DNA of 45,533 nucleotides. Origin: Armatimonadota bacterium. GTDB taxonomy: Bacteria > Vulcanimicrobiota > Xenobia > RGZZ01. A model generated the notes under the pieces. The model saw only the letters and a program-made list of their open reading frames with translations. It was not told where the DNA came from and did no database searches. Both the position numbers and the translations under genes were made by a program. Below are positions 8,469 through 17,259 of the stretch, piece after piece (the first letter of the stretch is position 1; each line of letters opens with the position of its first letter). The DNA lies in assembly GCA_016868975.1 (NCBI GenBank), contig VGFD01000001.1, positions 1-45,533 of the forward strand, read 5' to 3'.

Positions 8469-10457
8469 ATGCTGCAAGAGGGGCAGGTACTTCACGGGCG
8501 CTACCGCGTCGAGCGCGAGCTCGGTCGGGGCGGCATGGGCGCCGTCTACCTCGCCACCCACCTGGGCCTGGAGGGCATGTTCGCGATCAAGGAGATGCTG
8601 GTTGCGGTGCCCGATGGTGACGAACGCGCCGCCGCCGTCGCGCAGTTCCGCAGCGAGGCCCAGATGCTGCACCGCCTGCAGCATCCCCACCTCCCGCGGG
8701 TCCACGATTTTCTTGAAGCCGACGGCCTGTACTACCTCGTGATGGATTTCGTGGAAGGCGGCACTCTGCGCGATCAGCTGCTGTCCCGCGGGGTGCTTGC
8801 CGAGCAAGAAGTCCTGGGCTGGGCGCTGCAGTTGTGCGACGTGCTCGAGTACCTGCACGGCCAGCATCCGCCCGTCGTGTTCCGTGACTTGAAGCCGTCC
8901 AACGTCATGCTGGACGGCGCCGGGCGCATCCAGCTCATCGACTTCGGCCTCGCGAAGGTGCTCAATCCGGTGACGGGCAGCGGCACCCAGTCCGCGATTC
9001 GCGGCTCGGGTAGCCCGGGCTACGCGGCGCCAGAGCAGTACGGCTCCAGAACCGATCCGCGCAGTGACGTGTACGCGCTGGGCTGCACGCTGTACCACCT
9101 GCTGACCGGGAACGTCCCGCCGCAGTCCATCGAGCTGGCCTGCGGGTTGAACCCGCTGGTGCCGGTGCGCGACCTGCGCGCCGAGATATCCGCGCCCATG
9201 GCCCAGGCCATCGAGCGGATGATGAGCCTCAACCGCGACGCGCGTCCGGCCTCCATGGCGGAAGTCCGCGCGCTGCTGCTGGCGCCCGCGTCGTCGGAGC
9301 GCCAGCCGACCACGGTCCCCGCAATGAGCCAGGCGCGCGCGCGCTCGCGCTCGATGTCCCCGCTGGCGGTGGCCTCGCTGGCTGTCGTGCTGCTCGGGGC
9401 GAGCTTCTTCGGCTGGGGGTTCGCGCGCACCGAGCGCGCCGTGGCCGGGCAGCCCGCGAAGAGCACCGTGGTGGCACCGTCGAAGGCCAGGCCGGTGAAG
9501 CTCACGCTGGCGGTGGCGCCGCTGGGCTGCACGCTCTTGGTGGACGGCGCGCCCGTCCAGAAGCTGGGGACGCCGCCGGTGCACGTCACCCTGCAGCCCG
9601 GCACGCATCGCCTGGAGTTCCGCCGCGAGGGCTACAAGTCGGTGTTCATGGAAATGAAGCCAGACAAGCCGCTGCCCAATCCCCTGCAGGTGACGCTGGC
9701 GCCCATGCCGGCGCTGCTCACCATCGATCAGCCGGTGGGCCGCACCCTGGTGGTGGACGGCTACCGGCGGGGAACGCTGCCGGTGCGCGGGCTCGCGCTG
9801 TCGCCCGGGAGGCACGAGATTCGGGTGGACGGGGACCAGTGGCGCGCGCAGGACATCACCGTGGCGCCCGGCGAGATCCGCACGCTGGCTTTCCAGGCGG
9901 TTGAAGCGGCGCCCGTCGCCCAGGCCCCGCCCACGCCGCGAGTGGTGGTGACGGCGACGCCGTCGTATCCCACCTACACGCCGACGCCGACGACGGTGAG
10001 CTATCAGAAGCCCGCGTATTATTCCCCGGGAGCGATTGACTTGAAGCCGGGGAGTGCACTGGGCCCGCTGCGCCTGGGCACCAGCATGGACACCGTGCTC
10101 TCCTCGCTGGGTGGAAAGTATGGGCGCCGCGACGACCGCATCGGCACCACGTACATTTTCTACGACAAGATGCTTTTCGTGGTGGCGCGCGACGACCGGG
10201 TGGTCGCCGCCGCGAAGTTCCTGTGCGACGGGAAATCCGACTGCCGCACGCCGGGCGGGCTGTCGCTGCTGGGCTCGGGCGAGTCCGAGGTTACCCGTGA
10301 GTTCGGACAGGGAACGCCGTCCTACGGTCTGCCGGCCGGTCCGGAAACATCCCTCACGTGGTATTCGCACGCTCAGGGAATTGCGTTCCAGTACAAAAAC
10401 GGCCGCGTGTCCGGGGTGATGGTGATGGATCCGCAAGTGCTGGCCTACGCCCGGTAA
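8469..10457 (+). CDS. Ser/Thr protein kinase with TM segment, two PEGA-like domains and an extra C-terminal domain
   Basis: ATG at 8469 sits 9 nt after AGGAGG (8454-8459). Motifs GRGGMGAVYLA, FRDLKPSNVML and DFGLAK. TM segment PLAVASLAVVLLGASFFGWGF. PEGA-like repeats LAVAPLGCTLLVDGAP...GTHRLEFRREGY and LLTIDQPVGRTLVVDGY...GRHEIRVDG. Confidence 0.9.
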   Translation: MLQEGQVLHGRYRVERELGRGGMGAVYLATHLGLEGMFAIKEMLVAVPDGDERAAAVAQFRSEAQMLHRLQHPHLPRVHDFLEADGLYYLVMDFVEGGTLRDQLLSRGVLAEQEVLGWALQLCDVLEYLHGQHPPVVFRDLKPSNVMLDGAGRIQLIDFGLAKVLNPVTGSGTQSAIRGSGSPGYAAPEQYGSRTDPRSDVYALGCTLYHLLTGNVPPQSIELACGLNPLVPVRDLRAEISAPMAQAIERMMSLNRDARPASMAEVRALLLAPASSERQPTTVPAMSQARARSRSMSPLAVASLAVVLLGASFFGWGFARTERAVAGQPAKSTVVAPSKARPVKLTLAVAPLGCTLLVDGAPVQKLGTPPVHVTLQPGTHRLEFRREGYKSVFMEMKPDKPLPNPLQVTLAPMPALLTIDQPVGRTLVVDGYRRGTLPVRGLALSPGRHEIRVDGDQWRAQDITVAPGEIRTLAFQAVEAAPVAQAPPTPRVVVTATPSYPTYTPTPTTVSYQKPAYYSPGAIDLKPGSALGPLRLGTSMDTVLSSLGGKYGRRDDRIGTTYIFYDKMLFVVARDDRVVAAAKFLCDGKSDCRTPGGLSLLGSGESEVTREFGQGTPSYGLPAGPETSLTWYSHAQGIAFQYKNGRVSGVMVMDPQVLAYAR

Positions 10458-10618
10458 TTCAACGGCGCGAATTTTCCAGCCGGTTCGGTGCGAATTGGGA
10501 GCGAACAGGTGTATCTTGAACCGCTACGTTACAACGTTTTTCGATTGTTCGCCGGGATCTGGGAGCGAACTTTAGCGTATCACGGGACACTTTCACCCGG
10601 GCGTCGAAGCGCGGGCGC

Positions 10619-10861
10619 ATGAGCGATAAGCACGCCAAACTGCAGACCATGCTGGAGCGCGATTGCGGCGTCAAGATCATCGTGGAATTACACGACCACA
10701 GCGAGAGCGACGAGCCGTTGCACGCAGAGTCCCTCACCTGGCGGGTGGAGCTTCCCGCGACCTTGAGCCGCAAGCAGAAGCTCGACAAGCTGCGCGGCAT
10801 CGTCCACGGGCAGCTCATGGTGATGCTCGCTTCCTCGCTGCCCGTCGACGGTCACTCGTAG
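10619..10861 (+). CDS. Small acidic hypothetical protein (80 aa)
   Basis: ATG start and consistently G/C-ending codons in this frame. I recognise no motif. Confidence 0.45.
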   Translation: MSDKHAKLQTMLERDCGVKIIVELHDHSESDEPLHAESLTWRVELPATLSRKQKLDKLRGIVHGQLMVMLASSLPVDGHS

Positions 10862-10871
10862 CAACCCGCGG

Positions 10872-12152
10872 TTACGTGGATAGTGGGCGGAGACTGTCCT
10901 CGGGTGCGGAGAAGTTTTCGTAGGTCGCCGGCAATCCGTAGTCGGTGAGCAGCTGGACGCGGCGGTCGATCTCGGCGCGCGACAGACCGAGGTCGTTGGG
11001 GCCCTTCGTCACATAGTAAAGGTCGCGCGCCGGCTGGAGGTTCAGCAGGGTGGGGCGCACGTAGTAGATCTCGCCGGGGAATACCGACTTGTCCCACATC
11101 TGCAAGGTGTCCGGCGCGGGCGTGCCGCGCGTCGCCGCGTCGCGCACGATGCGCCGCAGCAGGCGGTCCTCGGCGCGCGGCGTGTCCAGGTAGAGGCTGA
11201 CGAAGTGCAGGTCGTTCAGGCGCGACGAAACCACCTCGTTGGTGGCGTGCAGCGAGTCAATGACCAGAATCCCGTCGTCGGCCAGCTCGAGGCGCTCGGT
11301 CTTGTCCAGGCGGCAGCCGGTGAAGCCGTCCGTGGGGCGACGCCAGCCGCCGGGCCGCACCGCCTTGAAGTCGTAGATGGGCGCCTGGGTAACGCCGGTG
11401 TTGAGTAGCTCGGCGATGTCGCCGCCCAGCTCGTCGAGGTGGAGGGCGCTCGGACTGTCGAAGTTGAACCCGCCCTCGGCCGTGCGCGGATACAGCTCGT
11501 CGTCCTTGTCGCGGAAGTACATGTCCCCGGACAGGACGGCGATCTTGCGGTCACCCGCGAGGCGCCGAAGGGTTTCGGTGAGGGACGTCTTGCCGGCGGC
11601 GGAGGGCCCGCCCAGCAGAATCGCGACGCGGCCCTTCGGCAGGCCGTCAATCAGGTGCCGCAGCATCGCCTCGTCGTTGGGCGAGCGTCCGTCGGCCAGC
11701 GCGGCGCCCAGGGTCTCGGGCGTTTGCGTGCCGGCGATTTCCATCTCGTGCGTCTGCGGACCAATAGCACGTGCGCATGGCAGCCGCGGCGAATGGACGT
11801 CCTTCATCGAGGGCGCGCTGCACAGGTCGGCGATGATCCCGTACGCGCCGTCCGGGTCGCTGCCGTCCAGCGCGTCGGGCCGACTGGCCATCATCAGCCG
11901 CGTGGTTCCGTGGTCGGTCGGGGCCATCGCGATCGTGGCGCGCAGCGAGGGCCACGCCTGCATGTGCTCGCGGAGGGTCGCGGCGACGTCATCGGGCCGG
12001 TCCTTCCAATCGGCCCGCAGCGGAAGAACGTCCATCGTGCCCTGCTCCACGGGGACGTAGGAGTCGGAGACAGGAGACGCTTCAGGCAGGCCCACTCGCA
12101 TGGCTGTGGTCGGAACGGTACTTCGGGAGCGGACGTCGACAGGAACCATCAC
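10872..12152 (-). CDS. Uridine kinase / phosphoribulokinase-family P-loop kinase with about 170-aa unknown N-terminal extension
   Basis: P-loop ILLGGPSAAGKTS, NFDSPSALHLD, APIYDF and LLRRIVRDAATRG match the Udk/PRK family layout. The true start is uncertain, since internal Met codons exist. Confidence 0.7.
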   Translation of the reverse strand: MMVPVDVRSRSTVPTTAMRVGLPEASPVSDSYVPVEQGTMDVLPLRADWKDRPDDVAATLREHMQAWPSLRATIAMAPTDHGTTRLMMASRPDALDGSDPDGAYGIIADLCSAPSMKDVHSPRLPCARAIGPQTHEMEIAGTQTPETLGAALADGRSPNDEAMLRHLIDGLPKGRVAILLGGPSAAGKTSLTETLRRLAGDRKIAVLSGDMYFRDKDDELYPRTAEGGFNFDSPSALHLDELGGDIAELLNTGVTQAPIYDFKAVRPGGWRRPTDGFTGCRLDKTERLELADDGILVIDSLHATNEVVSSRLNDLHFVSLYLDTPRAEDRLLRRIVRDAATRGTPAPDTLQMWDKSVFPGEIYYVRPTLLNLQPARDLYYVTKGPNDLGLSRAEIDRRVQLLTDYGLPATYENFSAPEDSLRPLST

Positions 12153-12283
12153 GCTTTCCAGGATAGCCGAGCGCCCTCAAAGATTCCCTGAAACCGGACG
12201 TTGCTAGGTCGGCGTTGCATGAAAGCGGCCACCGCGGGATAGTCCCCGGGTAGCCGTTTCTGCGCGAGAATCGCGTGGTTGGG

Positions 12284-12358
12284 TGGAGCGGAAGACGAGG
12301 ATCGAACTCGCAACCCTCAGCTTGGGAAGCTGATGCTCTACCATTGAGCTACTTCCGC
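12284..12358 (-). tRNA. tRNA-Gly (anticodon CCC), CCA encoded
   Basis: Folded by hand: acceptor GCGGAAG/CUUCCGC, D stem GCUC/GAGC, anticodon stem UCAGC/GCUGA with loop UUCCCAA, T stem GCGAG/CUCGU with loop UUCGAUC. Length 75 nt. Confidence 0.95.
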
Positions 12359-12373
12359 GTGAGAAGTGCCGTC

Positions 12374-12403
12374 AGTATAGCATGCGCCCGTCGGGGCGTG
12401 CAA
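12374..12403 (-). promoter_or_regulatory. Sigma70-like promoter for tRNA-Gly
   Basis: The minus strand reads TTGCAC-N18-TATACT. The -10 element ends about 15 nt upstream of the mature tRNA 5' end. Confidence 0.5.
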
Positions 12404-12520
12404 GTCCGGGTCGCCCCCGCCCCGCCGCCCGCCTCTGCGCCTGCGCCAAGATGCCGAATTTCTCGCACAACGGGCGAATATGGGCATCTTACGGCTCCCA
12501 CGGGGACCCCCTGGAAGCCC

Positions 12521-13966
12521 CTAGAAGGTAACCTTGACCTCCGTGGTGACCGCCGGGTCATTGAGGTTCAGGTTGGGCCCGCGAGCGCCGTTGCCGATGT
12601 CCAGCGTGTTGTAGAAGCGGACGTTCAGGTTCCAGCGGGTGTTCTTGCTGACCTTGTAGTCGAAGCCCAGGTAAGGGTAGCCGCGCTCGTCCTGGAGGTT
12701 GATGTTGCCGAGGTCCAGCGTGGCGCCCGGCAGGCCGGTCGCGTATCGGCCCGTCGTGCGGCTGTACATGTAGCCGCCCTGCACGCTGAAGTTGGGATTG
12801 ACGTTGTAGTCCAGGTTGATGCGAGCGTTCTGCTGGCGCAGGTCCAGCGGGTCCGGCCGCAGCGAGCCCGCCGACAGGCCCGGCCGCGTCGACAGCTCGT
12901 CCAGGCGGACGTTCAGGCGCAGGTTCTGGTGCGGAAGCTGATAGTTGAGGCGGGCGCTCATCTGCGCGAAATCCTCGTTGGTGGCGCGCAGGTAGTCTCG
13001 GCTCAGCATCGTCGAGGAGGGAGGCGCCTCTAACTGGCTGGGCGCGGATGCCGTCCACGGCGTGTTCTGCAACCCGTTGCGCACGTCAAACTGGGTGCTC
13101 ACCTTGATGTCGCGGTACAGCGTGAAGTCCGGAGTCGGCCGTCCCGCCAGGTCGCGGTACATGGTGCTCGGGATGTTCAGTGCCCGGGGCGTCGGCATCG
13201 CAATGGCCGGCGGGGTGGCTGTCCCGAACGGCGTCGGGTGCACGGCCGGCATGTCCAGGCCGGCGTGTGTCCTGAAGTGCGTCTGCATGGCGATGCTGCT
13301 GGCCGGGTAGAGGCGGCTGCTACGGCGCATCCGCTCCATCGAGGCCGGCGAGAGCCCCAGACCGGGCGCGTACAGGTTCGTGCTTGCCAGCATCGGCTGG
13401 TCCAGCGTGGAGGTGAGGAAGTCATCCTCGGCGCGTGGCCGCGTCCAGTCCGTGAGGAAATCGATGCTGAGCAGGCGGGGACGGTTCAAGGTAGGCCGAC
13501 CGCTTGTCTCGGAGAGGTACGCCATCCGCATGAGCGGCGACGACGGGTTGGTCCAGAAGACGTCCACCGCGGTCATGCGGTCCTCGACCCAGGAGCGCTG
13601 GACGGCGCCCACCGCATCGAGCGCCTTGCCCTGGCGCAGCACCTTCCAGGCGCCCGGCGCGTCGTCGACGTTCTCGACGACCACGCCCATCTGGGCCAGC
13701 TCCAGCCGATAGTCGTTGAGTTCGGCGCGGGCCTTTCGGAGGGCGTTCTCGGACATCTGCGCGTAGGTCCCGCGATCCAGCCAGTCGGAGAGCAACGAGG
13801 CGCGCTCGTACCGAGACAGGCTGTTCACGCTGCGGAAAGTCCCGTCGACCGGAATCTCCGCCAGGGCGGCAGCGCCAAAAGCCGGTGAGGCCGCCCGCGC
13901 GGGTGCGCAGGGCGTGGCGGCCAGGACCAACAGGAGGAAGAGCCAGCCGAAACCGAGTCTCTTCAA
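12521..13966 (-). CDS. Outer-membrane beta-barrel protein with N-terminal periplasmic (SLH-like / coiled-coil) region
   Basis: TTG start at 13966 gives the signal peptide KRLGFGWLFLLLVLAATPCAPARA. The C-terminal third shows alternating-residue beta strands and ends ...TTEVKVTF, the terminal-Phe OMP signature. The ATG at 14026 is the alternative start. Confidence 0.75.
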   Translation of the reverse strand: MKRLGFGWLFLLLVLAATPCAPARAASPAFGAAALAEIPVDGTFRSVNSLSRYERASLLSDWLDRGTYAQMSENALRKARAELNDYRLELAQMGVVVENVDDAPGAWKVLRQGKALDAVGAVQRSWVEDRMTAVDVFWTNPSSPLMRMAYLSETSGRPTLNRPRLLSIDFLTDWTRPRAEDDFLTSTLDQPMLASTNLYAPGLGLSPASMERMRRSSRLYPASSIAMQTHFRTHAGLDMPAVHPTPFGTATPPAIAMPTPRALNIPSTMYRDLAGRPTPDFTLYRDIKVSTQFDVRNGLQNTPWTASAPSQLEAPPSSTMLSRDYLRATNEDFAQMSARLNYQLPHQNLRLNVRLDELSTRPGLSAGSLRPDPLDLRQQNARINLDYNVNPNFSVQGGYMYSRTTGRYATGLPGATLDLGNINLQDERGYPYLGFDYKVSKNTRWNLNVRFYNTLDIGNGARGPNLNLNDPAVTTEVKVTF

Positions 13967-14229
13967 CGCACAGGCACCTTTCTCGCCATATAAAGATGGG
14001 CGTGCAGTGGCAAGGCGCTCCGCCACGGAGCGTATCTATTATACGACATGAAACCCTGGATTGTCATGAGGGTCCAACCCGGATTCTGGCTCTACGGCAG
14101 GCATGGAATTATTTTCAACATCTTCCACCTCGACTCGCCAGCTGATTATCGGCTTCATGCGTTCCGGATTAAGTGACGTGGCGCGTATCGAGAAGGTTTC
14201 AGGGCGCCGGAGCGCGGAAGGTCTCGTCG

Positions 14230-15462
14230 ATGAAGATGCTGTGGGCCGCCCCGGACGGCGCTATCCTGGAAGATTCGCGCCGTGCCGCCCTGGGCCGCAG
14301 CGGCAACGAAGTGCGCGAACCCCGTCCCGAGGAGCTTTCCCCGTTGCCGGCCGGCGCGGTGCTGCAGTATCTGCCCGCTCGCACGGCCCGCGGGCTGGGG
14401 CGGCGCGGCAGCGTGGAAAGCGGCAAGGGATACGCTGTGGCCGCCATGCTCCCCAACGGCTGGGCGCGCACGCTGCTGCCGGCCTACGAGGCTCCTCCCG
14501 GGGTGGCTCCGCTGCCGTTCTTCGGGTACACCGCCGTGGCGCTGCGCGGGGACGAGATGCTGGTGGCCGCCATCCAGACCGAGGAGAACTACCGTTGGAG
14601 CCCGTTTCAGTACGGCACGCCGGATCTGCCCGACCTGGTCGCGCGCCGCCTCGCCGAGCAGCCAGACAACCGGCTTCTCACGCATCACGCCCACTGCGCG
14701 CTCGACTACGGCTGCTATAACGCGCAGAACGTCTTCTACCGCCGCTGGGAGGGCGCCGTCGCGGTGTCCGCCGCGTGCAACGCGAAGTGCCGCGGCTGCA
14801 TCTCGCTCCAGCCGGAAGACATGCCGCCGTCTCCTCAGGATCGCCTGGATTTCGTGCCCACTGTCGGGGAGATCGTCGAAATCGGAGTGCCGCACCTCGA
14901 ATCCGCCGACGCCATTCTCTCGTTCGGGCAGGGCTGTGAAGGCGAGCCGCTCCTCAAGGCCGACCTGATTGCCGCCTCGATCCGCGAGATCCGCAAGGCC
15001 ACGTCCCGCGGCACAATCCACCTCAACACCAACGCCAGCGCGCCGAAGGCAGTCGCCAGGCTCATCGACGCCGGGCTGCAGTCGATTCGCGTGAGCCTCA
15101 ACACGGTCACTTCGGAGCGTTACGCGGCTTACTACGTGCCGCAGAAATACGCGTTCGCGGACGTCGAAGAGACGGTGCGGATCTGCCGGGCAGCCGGGCT
15201 GCAGATCGCGCTAAACCTGCTGTTCTTCCCCGGGCTCAACGACCTGGAGGACGAGTTGGACGCCCTGGAGCAGTTCATCGCGCGTCATCGCGTCGATCAG
15301 GTGCAGATGCGCAATCTCAACATCGATCCCGATCTTTATCTCGCCTCCCAACCCCCGCTGGTGGGGCGCGCGGTGGGCATCCCCGAGATGGTGCGCCGAC
15401 TGCGGAAGGTGTGCGCCGTCGGAAACGCCACGCCAGGAATCGCCCGCGCAATCCAGGAATAG
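14230..15462 (+). CDS. Radical SAM protein with about 190-aa N-terminal domain of unknown function
   Basis: ATG at 14230 follows GGAAGG. CxxxCxxC cluster motif CNAKCRGC, SAM-binding GCEGEPLL, then IHLNTNAS and IRVSLNT. Confidence 0.8.
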   Translation: MKMLWAAPDGAILEDSRRAALGRSGNEVREPRPEELSPLPAGAVLQYLPARTARGLGRRGSVESGKGYAVAAMLPNGWARTLLPAYEAPPGVAPLPFFGYTAVALRGDEMLVAAIQTEENYRWSPFQYGTPDLPDLVARRLAEQPDNRLLTHHAHCALDYGCYNAQNVFYRRWEGAVAVSAACNAKCRGCISLQPEDMPPSPQDRLDFVPTVGEIVEIGVPHLESADAILSFGQGCEGEPLLKADLIAASIREIRKATSRGTIHLNTNASAPKAVARLIDAGLQSIRVSLNTVTSERYAAYYVPQKYAFADVEETVRICRAAGLQIALNLLFFPGLNDLEDELDALEQFIARHRVDQVQMRNLNIDPDLYLASQPPLVGRAVGIPEMVRRLRKVCAVGNATPGIARAIQE

Positions 15463-15468
15463 GCGCCC

Positions 15469-16914
15469 GTGCACCTGTCCCTCCTTACCGATTATTACCA
15501 GCTCTCCATGATGGGCGGCTACCTGAAGAGCGGAAAGCTCCATCAAGACTCGGTTTTCGATCTCTTTTTTCGCAAAATTCCAGATCAGGGCGGATTTTGC
15601 GTCGCGGCCGGTCTGCAAGCCGCCATCGATTACATCCGCGGGCTGTCGTTCGCCGATAGTGATATCGACTACCTGCGCTCGCTGCGGATTTTTGACGACG
15701 CTTTCCTGAAATATCTGCGGGATTTTTGCTTCACTGGCGACGTGATGGGAATCGAGGAGGGCACGCTGGTCTTTCCCGGCGAGCCGCTGCTCCGCGTGAC
15801 CGCGCCGCTGCCCCAGGCGCAAATGCTGGAAACCACGCTGCTCAACCTGGTGAATTTTGAAACGCTGATCGCCACCAAGGCGGCGCGGATTTGCGAGGCG
15901 GCAAAAGGCGGCACCGTTCTCGAATTCGGGCTGCGCCGCGCGCAAGGGCCGGACGGCGGCCTGCGCGCCTCGCGGGCCGCCTTTATCGGCGGCTGCGCGG
16001 CCACCTCCAACGTGCTGGCTGGCAAGGAGTTTGGGATTCCGGTGCGCGGGACCCACGCCCATGCCTGGATCATGTCCTTTTCGAGTGAGCTGGCCGCATT
16101 TCGCGCCTATGCGGAGGCGTACCCGGACGGCTGCACGTTGCTGGTGGATACCTACGACACCCTGGAGAGCGGCGTTCCAACCGCAATCCTGGTGGGCAAG
16201 GAAATGGAGGCGCGCGGCCAGCGGCTCAAGGGAGTGCGTCTCGACTCCGGCGACCTCGCGTATCTGTCCAAGGAAACGCGCCGCATGCTTGACGAGGCCG
16301 GCCTCAACTACGTGCAGATCGTCGCTTCCAGCGACCTCGACGAGTGGCTGATCCACGACCTGCGCAATCAGGGTGCGCGCATTGACACGTACGGCGTGGG
16401 CACGCGGCTCGTCACCTCGTACCGCACGCCCGCGCTGGGCGGCGTGTACAAGCTGGTGGCCGCCACCGACGATAGCGGCCGCATGACGCCGCGCATCAAG
16501 GTTTCCAGCAACGCGGAGAAGATGACCAACCCGGGCATCAAGCAGGTGTGGCGGCTCTACAACGACGACAACCTGATGCTCGGCGACGTGATCGCGCTCC
16601 AAGACGAGCATTTCGCGCCGGGCCAACGCATCAGGACGCGGCACCCTTCCCAATACTACGAGCGCAAGTCGTTTACTCGGGTGGCCCGCGTGGAGCCGCT
16701 GCTGACGCCGATTTTCCAGGGCGGCCAGTTGGTGTATCAATCCCCGCCGCTGCCAGAAATTCAACGTCGTGCCAGAGCCGCGCTTGGGACGCTGCGCAGC
16801 GAGCACAAAAGATTTTACAACGCGGATATCTACTGGGTGGGATTGAGCGAGCGCCTGTTCGATCTACGCGAGCGGCTGATCGAAGATACCCTTGGCGAGC
16901 ACGTCACGCGATAG
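15469..16914 (+). CDS. pncB: Nicotinate phosphoribosyltransferase
   Basis: N-terminus LLTDYYQLSMMGGY, then LEFGLRRAQG, GTHAHAWIMSF and VRLDSGDL. Length 481 aa. GTG start 6 nt after the radical-SAM stop. Confidence 0.9.
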   Translation: MHLSLLTDYYQLSMMGGYLKSGKLHQDSVFDLFFRKIPDQGGFCVAAGLQAAIDYIRGLSFADSDIDYLRSLRIFDDAFLKYLRDFCFTGDVMGIEEGTLVFPGEPLLRVTAPLPQAQMLETTLLNLVNFETLIATKAARICEAAKGGTVLEFGLRRAQGPDGGLRASRAAFIGGCAATSNVLAGKEFGIPVRGTHAHAWIMSFSSELAAFRAYAEAYPDGCTLLVDTYDTLESGVPTAILVGKEMEARGQRLKGVRLDSGDLAYLSKETRRMLDEAGLNYVQIVASSDLDEWLIHDLRNQGARIDTYGVGTRLVTSYRTPALGGVYKLVAATDDSGRMTPRIKVSSNAEKMTNPGIKQVWRLYNDDNLMLGDVIALQDEHFAPGQRIRTRHPSQYYERKSFTRVARVEPLLTPIFQGGQLVYQSPPLPEIQRRARAALGTLRSEHKRFYNADIYWVGLSERLFDLRERLIEDTLGEHVTR

Positions 16915-16920
16915 CCGGGC

Positions 16921-17259
16921 TTACAGCCCGAGATGGATGCGCAGTTTATCTTCCAGGGAAGCCATCGTGTCTTCGCCAAGCCGTCCTATCCGTTTGCGCA
17001 AGCGGGTCTTATCGAACGTCATGATGTCGGGTACACGAATCGTGCCGGGGCGATCCAGGCCGTTGTTGGCATCCGGCTGCACCACGACAAGAATGGGAAT
17101 TTCGGCGATCGTTCCGGTGATGGGAACCAGAGTCACCCGCGGGCTCCTTCGGTTGGCGACATCAGACGATACGACGACCGCTGGCCGGACCTTTCTGAAC
17201 TCGGTCCCGATGGAGGGCTCGAATGTTGTGAGCCAGATGTCTCCACGATGGATAGTCAC
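16921..17259 (-). CDS. mazF: MazF/PemK-family toxin endoribonuclease
   Basis: GTG start gives VTIHRGDIWLTTFEPSIGTEFRKVRPAVVVSSD...VTLVPITG, the PemK signature. The start overlaps the upstream stop as GTGA. Confidence 0.85.
   Translation of the reverse strand: MTIHRGDIWLTTFEPSIGTEFRKVRPAVVVSSDVANRRSPRVTLVPITGTIAEIPILVVVQPDANNGLDRPGTIRVPDIMTFDKTRLRKRIGRLGEDTMASLEDKLRIHLGL

Noticed and set aside
10459-12358. A tRNA-Gly-associated genomic island.
   Set aside because: I saw no integrase or recombinase and no direct repeat of the tRNA 3' end in the window. The adjacent genes have normal G/C-ending codon usage. This is kept only as a weak possibility within the Udk-like finding.
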